A DNA stretch of 64,000 nt from an uncultured Chloroflexia bacterium (GTDB taxonomy: Bacteria > Chloroflexota > Limnocylindria > Limnocylindrales > CSP1-4). The position numbers and the translations under genes were made by a program. The notes beneath the pieces were generated by a model. The model had not been told where the DNA came from, searched no databases, and worked only from the letters and a program-made list of their open reading frames with translations. The stretch is taken from positions 261,710 to 325,709 of the forward strand of contig CAVVPT010000011.1 of the NCBI GenBank assembly GCA_963750125.1, written 5' to 3'. Positions 20,098 to 30,111 of the stretch are shown in pieces (position 1 is the first letter of the stretch; each line of letters starts with the position of its first letter).

Positions 20098-21072
20098 CGA
20101 TCCACTCCCGACTCTGCCGCTGCCTCGGCGCCATGGATGGCCGCCCCGATGGCACCAGCCCACGTCCCGAGCTCGGCCGGGACCAGCTCGACGCGGTCGA
20201 GGGCCGTCGTCTTCACGCGGCGCTCGCAGCTCACGCGCGGATCGGCTCGAACAGCAGGTCCCGGCGCTCCGGCGCCGATGCCGCCGCCGATCACGTCTCG
20301 ATCTGGCGAGATCAACGCACGATCATGTTGGCGATGCCGATCCCGAGGTAGCGCCCGATCCGGGCGAGTCCCGTCGATGGCACGTGCGTCGCCGGCCCGT
20401 GCGCGCGTCACGGCTTCCTCGGCCGTCGCGGTGCCGCAGGCCGCCGCGATCTGATCCGCGCGGGCGAACGCCTCGACGCAGCCGCGGTTCCCGCAGCCGC
20501 ACAGTGGCCCGTCGGGATCGATCGTCTGATGGCCGATCTCGCCGGCCGTGCCGTCGTGGCCCTGGTGGACGCGCCCGTCGATCGCGATCACGCCGCCGAC
20601 GCCTGTGCCGAGCGTCAGCCCGATCATCGAGGACGCACCCCGACCGGCGCCGAGCCGCAGTTCCGGCAAGCCCGAACGCCCGTGCGTCGTTGACCAGCGA
20701 CCGCCGGCAGGCCGACCGCGTGGCCGACCGGGCCGGCGATCGGTTGGCCGGCCCATGGACCGGGGACGTTGACGAGGAACCGGGTCGTGCCGGCGGACGG
20801 GTCGTACAGCCCGGGCACCCCGATGCCGATGCTGTCGCCGGCCCGCAGGTCCGCGATCGACTTCGGCCGCCACTTCGGCCGAGCTGCGCGACCACGGCCG
20901 TCGGGACGCTCTCGGGCGCGCTCGCCAGTCGCGTCGCGACCTGCTTGCGAGCGACGGTCGACCACTCGCCGTCGGCCCGCTCGACGATCGCCCATTTCAG
21001 GTTGGTCGCGCCGAGGTCGAGGCCGAGATGGCGGGTCGGCGAACCTGCGGGTAGGTGGATCCGATCGGTCAC
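20094..21072 (-). pseudogene. ROK-family sugar kinase, broken into about 8 frame segments (artefact or decay)
   Basis: LGLDLGATNLKW, IGIGVPGLYD, VNDARAFGLAE, LTLGTGVGGV, EIGHQTIDPDGPLCGCGNRGCVEAF and PDRDVIGGGI are spread over three frames. Confidence 0.75.
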
Positions 21073-22036
21073 GCTCCGGTCACCCGGGTGTAGGCGGCGG
21101 CCACGGCCACGATGATCGCGCCGAACAGGATCTGGCGGACGGCCTCCGGGTAACCCGAGCGAGCTCAGGAGCGACGTGATGACGGTGAGGATGAGCGCGC
21201 CCACGATCGTCCCGCCGTAGCCACCACGACCACCCAGGATCGACGTGCCGCCGATCACCGCGGCCGCCACGGAAGGCAGCACGTACGGTCGGCCAGCGTG
21301 ACGCTCGCGACGTTGGTCAGACCCCCGATCAGGAACCCGGCGATGCCGGCGAGCACGGCCGAGATGACGTACAGGACGATGATCACCTGCCAGGCCCGGG
21401 CACCCGGACAGCCGCGCGGCGATGGGGTTGTCGCCGATCGCGTAGAGCAGGCGTCCATAGCCGGTCCGTCGGAGCCCGAGCAGGATCAACAGCGCCAGCG
21501 GCACGAACACGATGAGGCTGTAGGGGATGACCGTCAGGCCGGTTCGATCCGATCGTGCGGAGCTCGGGCGGGACGCCTGCGCCTGTCTGGACCGCTGGAC
21601 CTGCCAGACGTTGGCGAGGCCCAGCACGATCAGGCCCATGCCGAGGGTCATGATCAGCGGGTGCACCTTGAACACGCCGATGCCGATGCCGTTCACGAGC
21701 GCCGACAACCCCCGCGATCAATGAGCACGATGACGATTGCGACCGGGAGCCCCATGCCCGATACGAATGTCGCCACGACGAACCCCGCATCGAGGCGTCG
21801 CACCGACGGACAGGTCGATGCCCACCGGTCAGCATCGCCAGCGTCTGGCATCCGGCCAGGATGGCGAGCGGCACGGCGGCGCGGACGACGCCGCCCGCCC
21901 AGACGGGGATCATCGTCCTTGGGTCGAGCTCGAGGAGGATGACGAGGAGGCCAAGGAGCACGAGCAGCGGGATCACGGGCCGATCGCGGAAGAGCGACCG
22001 CCAGGCGGCAGCGGTCAGGCCATGCGTTTCGGGCAT
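21069..22036 (-). pseudogene. ABC sugar permease 2 (RbsC/AraH-type), about 9 frame switches
   Basis: Transmembrane segments continue across ORFs 21383..22036, 21693..22544, 20323..21708 and 21255..21458. The tail PEAVRQILFGAIIVAVAAAYTRVTGA-stop lies in yet another frame. Confidence 0.7.
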
Positions 22037-22057
22037 CGGCCGTCCCGACGGCTTCGC

Positions 22058-23064
22058 TCATGCCCGGCTCCTGCGCTGCTGAAGGAGGCTGCCGAGCATG
22101 ACCACGCCGATCAGGATCACGCCCTGGACAACAGTCGCGAGGTTCGGGTCCAGCTTCAGGAACGTCATGTCGGTTCGGATCAGACTGCAGGATGACCACC
22201 GCAACGATCGAGGTCCGAACACTCCGCCTCGACCGCCGGCCAGGCTGACACCCCCGAGCACGATCGCGGCGACGCTGCATCAGCGTGTAGGGCCCTGGAA
22301 CCGGCGTGCCCCTGCCGGTGCTCGCCGTGAGGGCGAGACCGCCAAGTGCGGAGAACAGCCCGCCGAGCATGTAGGCGAAGATCTTGGTCCGACCGACTGA
22401 GACGCCGCTGCGGAAGGCGGCCAGCTGGTTGCTGCCGATGGCGTACAGGGACAGACCGCAGACGCGACCGTGAGACGGGGATCCAGATGAGCGCGACGAC
22501 GAGGACGAGGACGACGCCGGCCTTCGGGACCCACTCGTTCCCAAGCGGTCCCAGAACCAGGTCCTCGAGCCACTGCGCCGAGCCGCCGCCCGGTGTTTTC
22601 AGGACCAGCAGCGCCGTGCCTGCCCACACGAAGGCCATCGCCAGAGTCACCACGATGTCGGGCACGCGCGTGACCACGATCACGGCGCCGTTCACTGCCC
22701 CGAGCAGCAGGCCGAGCAGCAGCACGCCGATCACGACGACGACCGCGAACTGATCTGACTGGTCCTTCATGTTCGAGGCCGCGACCACGCTCGTCAGGGC
22801 CATCATCGATCCGATCGAGAGGTCGATCCCGCCCGAGATCACGACGATCGCCTGGGCCGTGGCCGCGAGGGCGAGGGGCAGTACCGAGTTCGCCAGTCCC
22901 TGGACACCGGTCGCGCCGTAGGTCGGCTGGATCAGCCGGGTGAACACGAGGAGGATCCCGAGGAAGATCAGCAGCCCGATCGTCCACGAGTTGCGACGCA
23001 GCGCCGCGAGGGCGTCCGACGGACCCGGGCGGGTCGCGTCGACGGTGGGTGCGGCCGCGCTCAT
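22058..23064 (-). pseudogene. ABC sugar permease 1 (RbsC/AraH-type), intact for about 600 nt and then 4-5 frame switches
   Basis: The start ATG overlaps the ATPase stop (ATGA at 23061-23064). The 3' third alternates between the frames of ORFs 22180..24624, 21693..22544 and 22058..22261. Confidence 0.75.
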
Positions 23065-24624
23065 CCGTTCGTCTCCCTCGGCCCGTCGGACGCGTCGCTT
23101 GCCTCGGCAACGAGCTCGGCCGCGATCTCCTCGGGCATGAGCGCGTCCGATTTCAGGTTGTAGGCCGCCCGCAAGAGCGCCGGCTCGTCGGCGTCGGCTG
23201 CGTCGAGCTCGCCGACGACCCGTCCTCCGAAGATGACGATCGACCCGGTCGCAGACGAGTTGGATCTCCTTGAGCTCGGACGTGTAGATCAGGACCGCGG
23301 CACCGGCCGCCGCCAGGTCCCGCAGCAGGACATAAATCTGGTTCTTGGTCCGGATGTCGATACCGCGCGTCGGATCGAAACACAGCATCGTCCGGACGCC
23401 ACCCGCCACCCAGCGGGCGATGGTGACCTTCTGCTGGTTGCCACCGGACAGGCGACGCACTTCGCGCGCCGCGCGGGTGTCGATCTGTAGCGTCTCGATC
23501 GCGCCATTGACGGCCTTGCCTTCGCGTCCGAGGTTGATCAGGCCCCAGCGGCGTAGGCGCGTCACGAATGGGAGGGCGATGTTCTCCCGCACCGAGCGCT
23601 GCGGCAGGAGCGCTTCGGCTCGATCTGCGGCCACGTACACAAGCCCGGCGCGGATGGCGTCCGCCGGATGGCGGAAGGACATGGCCTTGCCGTCGACCTG
23701 CAGCTCGCCGCCGCTCGGACGGTCAGAGCCCGCGAGGATGTCGAACAGCTCGTCCTGGCCCTGCCCCTCGAGGGCGACGACGCCGAGCACCTCGCCGGGG
23801 TGCAATTCGAACGACACGCCCTGCAGCTTCGTCCCGGCCGTCAGATCGCGGACGACGAGGCGTGGCTCGGCGCCGTTGCGCCCCTGGGCGGCGCGCGATG
23901 CTGCCGGCATCGACTGGACGATGTCGCCGAGCATCAGCTCGACGATGCGTTCCTCGGACCCCGGGGTGACGTCGACGACGCCGACAGTTTCCCCTTCGCG
24001 GAGGACCGTCGCGCGGTCGCACACGGCGGCGATCTCGATCATCCGATGCGAGATGAAGATCACGGACCGGTCACCGCCGCGCTGGCGGCCGATCACCTCG
24101 AGGACCCGCTCGGTGAGGTTGGCGGGCAGGGCCGCGGTCATCTCGTCGAGCATCAACACGTCGGGCTCGATCGCGAGGGCGCGCGCGAGGTCGATGACCC
24201 GCTGGGTGGCGAGCGGCACCTCGCGGACCTGGCGTCCGAGGTCCAGCCGCTCGATGCCCAGCTCGTCCAACCAGTGCCGGAACGGGTGGAGCGGGGTCTC
24301 GGTGAGCCGCAGGTTCGACCGGATGTCGAGGTCGGGGATGAGGGCCGGTTCCTGGTAGACCGAGACGATGCCGCCGCGACGGGCGTCGGCCGGCGAGTGG
24401 GACGCGCGCGGCTTGCCGCGGACGCTGACCGAGCCCGAGTCCGGCCGGACGGCGCCGGTCAGGATCTTGACGAGCGTGCTCTTGCCGGCGCCGTTGGCGC
24501 CCATGAGCGCGTGGACCTCGCCCGGGCGCACGGCAAGCGACGCCGACTTCAGCGCGACGACGGCGCCGTACGTCTTTGCGATTGCTGATGCCTCGAGGAG
24601 CGGCTCGGCGCCAGTGGCGGTCAT
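23061..24624 (-). CDS. Sugar ABC transporter ATP-binding protein with two NBDs (RbsA/MglA-type; one frame break near 23,235)
   Basis: Walker A GANGAGKST, signature LSGGNQQK and a second NBD. The real C-terminus IVIFGGRVVGELDAADADEPALL...ETNG-stop lies in a shifted frame. Confidence 0.85.
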
Positions 24625-24660
24625 CAGGCCCTTGTCAACCGTGTACGGAGCGGATGGAAC

Positions 24661-24686
24661 AGGAGGGGCCGCGGACGGCCCCTCCT
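24661..24686 (-). terminator. Perfect 10-bp stem-loop between the SBP and ATPase genes (attenuator or mRNA-stabilising hairpin)
   Basis: AGGAGGGGCC-GCGGAC-GGCCCCTCCT. No U-tract follows. Confidence 0.35.
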
Positions 24687-24711
24687 GTCACTCTGAGGAT
24701 CGCGGGGAGGA

Positions 24712-25898
24712 CTACTCGCCCGGAGCCTTGCAGGCCAACATCTCGTCCAGGGTCGTAGTCGGTCAAGCCGTCGATGTACCAGCTGACCGGCATAGAGCGG
24801 ATCAGGCCTTCGGTTCGTGATCTCCGCGAGCTTCGCCTTGCCCTCTTCGCTGACGTTGTCCCACGCCTCGGGAGCGGGCAGGAGCACGGTGTTGTTCTCG
24901 CCGGTCTCGACGGTTTCGCCGTTGAGGAGCTGCAACGCCAGCTTGACGCCCGCACCGCCGACGGCGGCCGGGTTGTACACGGCGATGCCCTTCAGGTCCG
25001 GGTAGTCGCCACTCGTGTTGAGCAGGTGCTCGACGAAGGCCCTCAGGTCAGCGCCGACGATCGGCACGAACGGCTTGTTCGCCGCCTTGATTGCATCGAC
25101 CACCTGTGAGTCCATGCCGGACGTCCAGATGCCCTGGATGTTGTCGTACTCACCGCTGGCGATGAAGTCGTTCGCGAGCTGGGTGGCCGTCGCCGGGTCC
25201 CAGTTCGTGTGGACGCCATCCGCGGACGGAACAACGGTGATGCCGGGGTTCTCGGCGAGGGCCTTCTTGAAGCCCTCGTCGCGGTCGGTGTCGGCAGGAT
25301 GGCCCGGGATGCCGCGGGTGTACCACACCGCGCCTTCGCCACCCATCTGCTCGAACAGCCACTTGGCGCCCTTGTAGGCGTACTCGACCTGATCGTTCGA
25401 CAGGTTGACGGTTTCGGGGTCGGTCACGGCCGCATCGATGGCGATGGTCTTGATGCCGGCCGCCTGCGCCTCGTCGAGGGCAGGATTGAGCGCCTCAGGA
25501 TCGAGGGGGTTGAAGACGATCGCGTCCACGTCGGCCGCGATCAGGTCACGGATGTCGGAAAGCTGGCCCTGGGCATCGGTGTTCCGATGGATCCAGGTGC
25601 CCGACTCGACCTGGCCCGAGACCAGCGCCTCGGCTTTGGCCGTGCAGAGCTGCTCCTCTCGGAAGCCGTTGCCGACGCCGAGCGGGTTCGAGAATCCGAT
25701 CTTGTACGAGCCGCCACCCGCCGGAGCGGATGCCGGAGCGGATGCTGCCGGCTCGGACGCTGCCGGGGCGGAAGCCGCAGGCGGCTCGGATGCCGCAGGC
25801 GGCTCCGAGGCCGGCGCGGCGGTCCCACCGCTACTTGAACAGGCTGCCACGACGACCGCGAGAACCGCGGTGCCGACGAGCAGTCGAGACTTGATCAT
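24712..25898 (-). CDS. Sugar ABC substrate-binding lipoprotein (frame breaks near 24,790 and 24,745)
   Basis: Signal peptide and lipobox (VVAAC), a Pro/Ala/Ser linker and a periplasmic-binding fold. The tail continues as GLIRSMPVSWYIDGLTDYD and then LDEMLACKAPGE-stop in other frames. Confidence 0.8.
25721..25810 (-). repeat. Short in-frame tandem repeats encoding the SBP Pro/Ala/Ser/Glu linker
   Basis: CCGGAGCGGATG occurs twice (25721-25744) and CCGCAGGCGGCTCNGANG occurs twice (25775-25810). Confidence 0.6.
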
Positions 25899-25919
25899 TC
25901 CCGTTCTCCTCCTCCTGCG

Positions 25920-25942
25920 CGCGACGAGTCTGTCTCGTCGCG
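25920..25942 (-). terminator. 9-bp stem-loop between the SIS gene and the SBP gene
   Basis: CGCGACGAG-TCTGT-CTCGTCGCG. A second 5-bp hairpin (GCCCC-GCTGT-GGGGC) lies about 25 nt away. No U-tract follows. Confidence 0.35.
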
Positions 25943-26021
25943 TCGACGAATTGGTGCCCCGCTGTGGGGGCGCTTCGATACGTCTATTCCTCGCACCTCC
26001 TGCGCGTATCGTCCGTGGCCA

Positions 26022-26816
26022 TCAGGCCTCCCCTCCGATGGCGCGGGTTACTCGCTGCGCATGCTCACGATAGGCGTCGTCGAACAACGTCCGCGAGCGT
26101 TCGGCGCCTACGACCGACGCTCGGGTAATGACGGGCGGCATGGCTCCCCGCTCAACGAGCAGCTGAGCCGTCCGCACTTTGATGCAATTCACGATCGCCA
26201 CGGCGGCGATCGTGGATCCCGGACCGACCGGGGTTTCGAGGCCATCGATCTCGACCAGCGCATCCGCATGCGGCGTGCACAGGTCGATGATCAGGTCTGC
26301 CTCGTCGAGCAGCCGGGTGCCGACGCCCGGTCCGGGCTCCTCCGAGAGCGACTGCTGGACCGAGGTCACCGCGACGACGCGGATCCCCCGCCGGCGGGCG
26401 CCGCGGGCGAGCTCGACCGGGACGGCCGACAGGCCGCTCGCCGAGAAGACGATCATCACATCAGCGAGGCCGAACGTGAAGTTCGAAAGAATCACATCAG
26501 CGAGGCCCGGCGTCCGCTCGATGTACATCGCCTGGCGCTGGCCGTTCGCCCCCACTACCTGCGTGTGGAATGTCATCGACAGCTCGACGATCGGGTTGAA
26601 GCCCGGGTACGAGCCGTAACGCGGGAACATCTCCTCGACCGGGATCCGCGAGTGGCCGGTCCCGAACAGGTGGACGAGCCCGCCTCCGCCGATCGCGTCC
26701 GCGCACCAGGCGCTGGCCTCGGCGATCGCGCCCTCCTGGGTGTCGGAGATGCGCCGGAGCACGTCGCCGGCGGCCGCGATCCAGGCGACGGAGGACACGC
26801 CGGCGGCGGCGGTCAT
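26022..26816 (-). CDS. SIS (sugar isomerase) domain protein
   Basis: 264 aa with GGLVHLFGTGHS...IVFSASG typical of SIS-fold proteins. Confidence 0.8.
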   Translation of the reverse strand: MTAAAGVSSVAWIAAAGDVLRRISDTQEGAIAEASAWCADAIGGGGLVHLFGTGHSRIPVEEMFPRYGSYPGFNPIVELSMTFHTQVVGANGQRQAMYIERTPGLADVILSNFTFGLADVMIVFSASGLSAVPVELARGARRRGIRVVAVTSVQQSLSEEPGPGVGTRLLDEADLIIDLCTPHADALVEIDGLETPVGPGSTIAAVAIVNCIKVRTAQLLVERGAMPPVITRASVVGAERSRTLFDDAYREHAQRVTRAIGGEA

Positions 26817-27565
26817 CAGTAACCACTCTCGGCGGCGCCGGCTGCCGGCACGGGTTGCTGTCTGGCCTTGCGTGCCCGGAAGTCGTCGATGATCGTCTTC
26901 GTGGCCGTGGCGCCGATCCGCGTCACACCCAGCGCCATCACATCGAGCAGCGCATCGAGCGTGCGCACCCCACCGGCCGCCTTGATCTGCACGTGTGGGG
27001 AGGTATTCGCGCGCATGAGGCGCAGATCGTCATGGGTCGCCCCGCCCGGCGCAAACCCCGTCGACGTCTTCACGAAATCGGCCCCGGCGGCCTCGGTAAG
27101 TCGGCACGCGCGGATCTTCTCGTCGTCGGTCAGGTAGGCGTTCTCGAAGATCACCTTGACGATGGCGTCGCCGGCGTGCGCGACGTCGACGATCGTCGCG
27201 ATATCGGCCTGCACGTCGATGTCGCGGCCCGACCTCAGCGCCCCGATCTGGAGGACCATGTCGATCTCGGTCGCGCCATCGGCGAGCGCCTGGCGGGTCT
27301 CGTCGACCTTCGTCGAAGTCGTGGCGTAGCCGTGCGGGAACCCGACGACCGTGCCGACCTTGACGTTGGTCGCCGCGAGGATCGCTCTGGCGCGGCGGAC
27401 GTGGACGGGCGGCACGCAGACGCTTGCAACGTCGTACTCGGCCGCAAGGCGGCAGCCGTCCTCGATGAACGCGTCGTCGAGCTCGGGCTTGAGCAGGCTG
27501 TGGTCGATCGTCTTCGCGATGTCTCGCTCGGTCAGGGTGTCGAAATCGATGGCGGTCATGGTCAC
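26816..27565 (-). CDS. deoC: Deoxyribose-phosphate aldolase family (class I aldolase)
   Basis: IDHSLLKP, VKVIFE and ADFVKTSTGF (Schiff-base Lys context). Confidence 0.85.
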   Translation of the reverse strand: MTMTAIDFDTLTERDIAKTIDHSLLKPELDDAFIEDGCRLAAEYDVASVCVPPVHVRRARAILAATNVKVGTVVGFPHGYATTSTKVDETRQALADGATEIDMVLQIGALRSGRDIDVQADIATIVDVAHAGDAIVKVIFENAYLTDDEKIRACRLTEAAGADFVKTSTGFAPGGATHDDLRLMRANTSPHVQIKAAGGVRTLDALLDVMALGVTRIGATATKTIIDDFRARKARQQPVPAAGAAESGY

Positions 27566-27569
27566 CGGT

Positions 27570-28484
27570 TCAGTGGCAGTACGGTCGCAGGATGTCGCGG
27601 GCGATCAGGAATCCCTGTTTCACCTTCTCGTCGGTGCCTTCGAACCGACGATCCTCGTGCTCGATGATGCAGTCGCCCTCGTAGCCGGCACGGTACAGCT
27701 CGCCGTGCACGATCCCCCAATCGACCTCGCCGAGTCCCGGGATGCGCGGGATCTGCCAGCCGATCCCCATCGAGAAGATGCCCCGCTCGTAGAGCCCGTC
27801 ACGGTCGATCATCAGGTCTTTTGCCTGGTAGTGCAGGACGTGCGGCCCGAACTCCTTGAGGAACCGCTGGATGTCGATCATCTGGAGGATCAGGTGGCTC
27901 GGGTCGAAGTTGAGCCCGATCGTGTCGCCCCACTGTTCGAGGATCCGGCGCCACTGGCGTGGCGTCGTGGCGATGTTGTGCCCGCCCGGCCATTCGTCGT
28001 ACGAGAACAGCATCGGGCAGTTCTCGAGGGTGATCTTGCGGCCGTGGTCGTTGGCGAAGGCGACGATATCGGGCCAGACGCGGAGCGCCTCCTCCCAGTT
28101 GTCGTCCAGGTTCTTCGCCCCGTCGCCGCCCATGAACGTGTTCACGAGCGGGATGTCCATCTTCTCGGCGGCTTCGATGACAAGCCGGAGGTGGCCGATG
28201 ACCGATTCGCGATGCGCCGGGTCCGGGTGGAGCGGGTTCGGGTAGAAGCCGAGCCCTGAGATCGCGAGGCCCTTCGACTCGATCTGGCCGCGGATGTCCC
28301 GTGCCTCCTCAGCCGACAGGTTCGCGACGTCGATGTGACTCGTGCCGGCATACCGTCGTGTGGGGCCGGTGGCCCTGGGCCAGCAGGCGATCTCGAGCAC
28401 CTCGAAGCCGGTTGACGCCGCCCAATCCGCGACGTCCATGAGCGGCGTGTCGGGGAACGGCGCGGTCAGGAAGCCGAGCTTCAT
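27570..28484 (-). CDS. Sugar phosphate isomerase/epimerase (xylose-isomerase-like TIM barrel)
   Basis: 304-aa intact ORF with a family-typical sequence. Confidence 0.85.
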   Translation of the reverse strand: MKLGFLTAPFPDTPLMDVADWAASTGFEVLEIACWPRATGPTRRYAGTSHIDVANLSAEEARDIRGQIESKGLAISGLGFYPNPLHPDPAHRESVIGHLRLVIEAAEKMDIPLVNTFMGGDGAKNLDDNWEEALRVWPDIVAFANDHGRKITLENCPMLFSYDEWPGGHNIATTPRQWRRILEQWGDTIGLNFDPSHLILQMIDIQRFLKEFGPHVLHYQAKDLMIDRDGLYERGIFSMGIGWQIPRIPGLGEVDWGIVHGELYRAGYEGDCIIEHEDRRFEGTDEKVKQGFLIARDILRPYCH

Positions 28485-29674
28485 GCGTGCGACTCCAGGG
28501 GCAGGGCGGCGGGCAGGGTCGGGCGGTCGACATCGACCCAGCGGCCCTGCCGGGCGCTCTCGGCGATCGCGTCCCCGATCAGCAGCTCGTCATGACCCTC
28601 GGCAAATGTCGCGTAGGGCGGCCGTGCGGACGGCGTGCCGTTGACGACGTCCGTGTAGATGGCCCGGAAGAGCGCGCTGAACGTATCGCCGAAGCCTTCG
28701 ACATGCCCGCCGGGAAGGGCGGCAGCGGTCCTGCCCGCATCGCCCAGGAGTGCCGGATCGCGCATCAGGATCTCGTTCGGCTGTCCGCGGTGGCCGAGCC
28801 ACAGGTGATCGGGCAGCTCGGAATCCCATGCCGCCGCGCTGCTGGAGCCGTCGATCTCCCAGCGCAGCGAGTTCTTGCGGCCCGGGCTGATCTGCGAAAC
28901 GGCGAACGAGCCGCGCGCGCCATGCTCGAAGCGCAGCAGGATCGACGCGGTGTCCTCCGTCGCCATGTCGCGCTCGACCGTGTCCGTGCTGCGCTCCGTG
29001 GAGAAGGTCTCGACGGGGCCGCGCGGCTGCGCGCGCTGCTCGATGAATGTCGTGAGGTCGGCCATGACCGCGGTCACCCGCTGGCCGGTCAGGAACGTCA
29101 CGAGGTCGAGCCAGTGCGAGCCGATGTCGCCGACCGCACGCAGCGAGCCACCCTTGTCGGGCTCGAGCCGCCAGTTCCAGTCCGTCTGGAAGAGCAACCA
29201 GTCCTGGAGGTAGTGGCCGGTCACCAGTCGGACGTCCCCGAGGCCGCCTGAGCCGACGAGCTCGCGCACGTGCTGGTTCAACGGATAGAAGCGGATGTTG
29301 AAGTTGACCGCGTTGACGAGCCCGCTCCCGGCGGCAAGCTCGACGAGCCCTGCCGAATTGGCCGCCGACATGCCGAGCGGCTTCTCGCACACGACGTGCC
29401 GCCCGGCCTCGAGGACCCGGCGCGCCTGCGGCACATGAAGGTGGTTTGGCGAGGTGATGTGGACGACCTCGACCGCCGGGTCCTCGAGAACTGCCTCGAG
29501 CGAGGGATAGGCGCGCTCGACGCCCAATGCCCGGGCGCGTTCCTCGCCGCGTTCGGGCGTGCTCCCCAGGACGCCACGCACCTGCACGCCGATCCGGCGC
29601 AGCTGTTCTACGTGGACGGTCCCGATGAAGCCAGTACCGATGACGGCCGCGCCGACGTCGGCGATCCTCCTCAT
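28481..29674 (-). CDS. Gfo/Idh/MocA-family NAD(P)-dependent oxidoreductase
   Basis: The N-terminal Rossmann motif AAVIGTGFIGTVH and EKPL motif are present. AGGTGG lies upstream of ATG 29674. Confidence 0.9.
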   Translation of the reverse strand: MRRIADVGAAVIGTGFIGTVHVEQLRRIGVQVRGVLGSTPERGEERARALGVERAYPSLEAVLEDPAVEVVHITSPNHLHVPQARRVLEAGRHVVCEKPLGMSAANSAGLVELAAGSGLVNAVNFNIRFYPLNQHVRELVGSGGLGDVRLVTGHYLQDWLLFQTDWNWRLEPDKGGSLRAVGDIGSHWLDLVTFLTGQRVTAVMADLTTFIEQRAQPRGPVETFSTERSTDTVERDMATEDTASILLRFEHGARGSFAVSQISPGRKNSLRWEIDGSSSAAAWDSELPDHLWLGHRGQPNEILMRDPALLGDAGRTAAALPGGHVEGFGDTFSALFRAIYTDVVNGTPSARPPYATFAEGHDELLIGDAIAESARQGRWVDVDRPTLPAALPLESHA

Positions 29675-29702
29675 GCACCCACCTGTTCGTTGCGGCGCGA
29701 AC

Positions 29703-29718
29703 GTCTAGACAGTCTAGC
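29703..29718. promoter_or_regulatory. Candidate GntR/HutC operator: palindrome GTCTAGAC followed by AGTCTAGC
   Basis: The perfect 8-bp palindrome lies about 30 nt upstream of the first gene of the sugar operon. Its core matches the GT-N-TA-N-AC logic of HutC-type sites. Confidence 0.4.
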
Positions 29719-29986
29719 TGGATCGAATGCCGGGACGACCGGAATGGGAGCGGCGAACGCGGCGCTGTGCTCAACAGGGGCACAGACTTCGTTCTCGGCC
29801 CATCCTAACTTTCTCCTGTCAAGTGCACAAGTCCCCAGCAGGCCCCTTGCGGTGGGCAGGAAAAAAGGGTCGAGGCGGTGCGCCGCGACCCGGTGATTCC
29901 CCCAGCCGGTGCCGGACCGCCAGCATGCGCAGCCGGCTGCCACGGTACCAGTGCTCACCAGAACTTCAGTGCCACCGGGCACCCGA

Positions 29987-30015
29987 TTGACGGCGACCCA
30001 CGGCACGACTATCCT
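29987..30015 (+). promoter_or_regulatory. Candidate rho promoter
   Basis: TTGACG, a 17-nt spacer, then TATCCT, about 95 nt upstream of ATG 30112. Confidence 0.45.
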
Positions 30016-30111
30016 CCGACCATTCCCGACCGGCACCCGCGCTGCGGCAGCGATTCCGCGCGCACCCCCACACGTCCGGCCCCAGTCCACCCGCAGGTGA
30101 CCCCTATCAAT

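Noticed and set aside
22180-24624. 814-aa ORF suggesting a fused ABC ATPase-permease
   Set aside because: A single frame break near 23,235 removes the ATPase's own stop. In the corrected frame the ATPase ends ...ETNG-stop, with an ATGA overlap onto the permease start.
25721-25810. Tandem repeat array as a possible CRISPR or VNTR locus
   Set aside because: There are only two copies each of a 12-nt and an 18-nt unit. They are in frame inside the SBP gene and encode a Pro/Ala/Ser/Glu linker after the lipobox. They have no spacer-repeat architecture.
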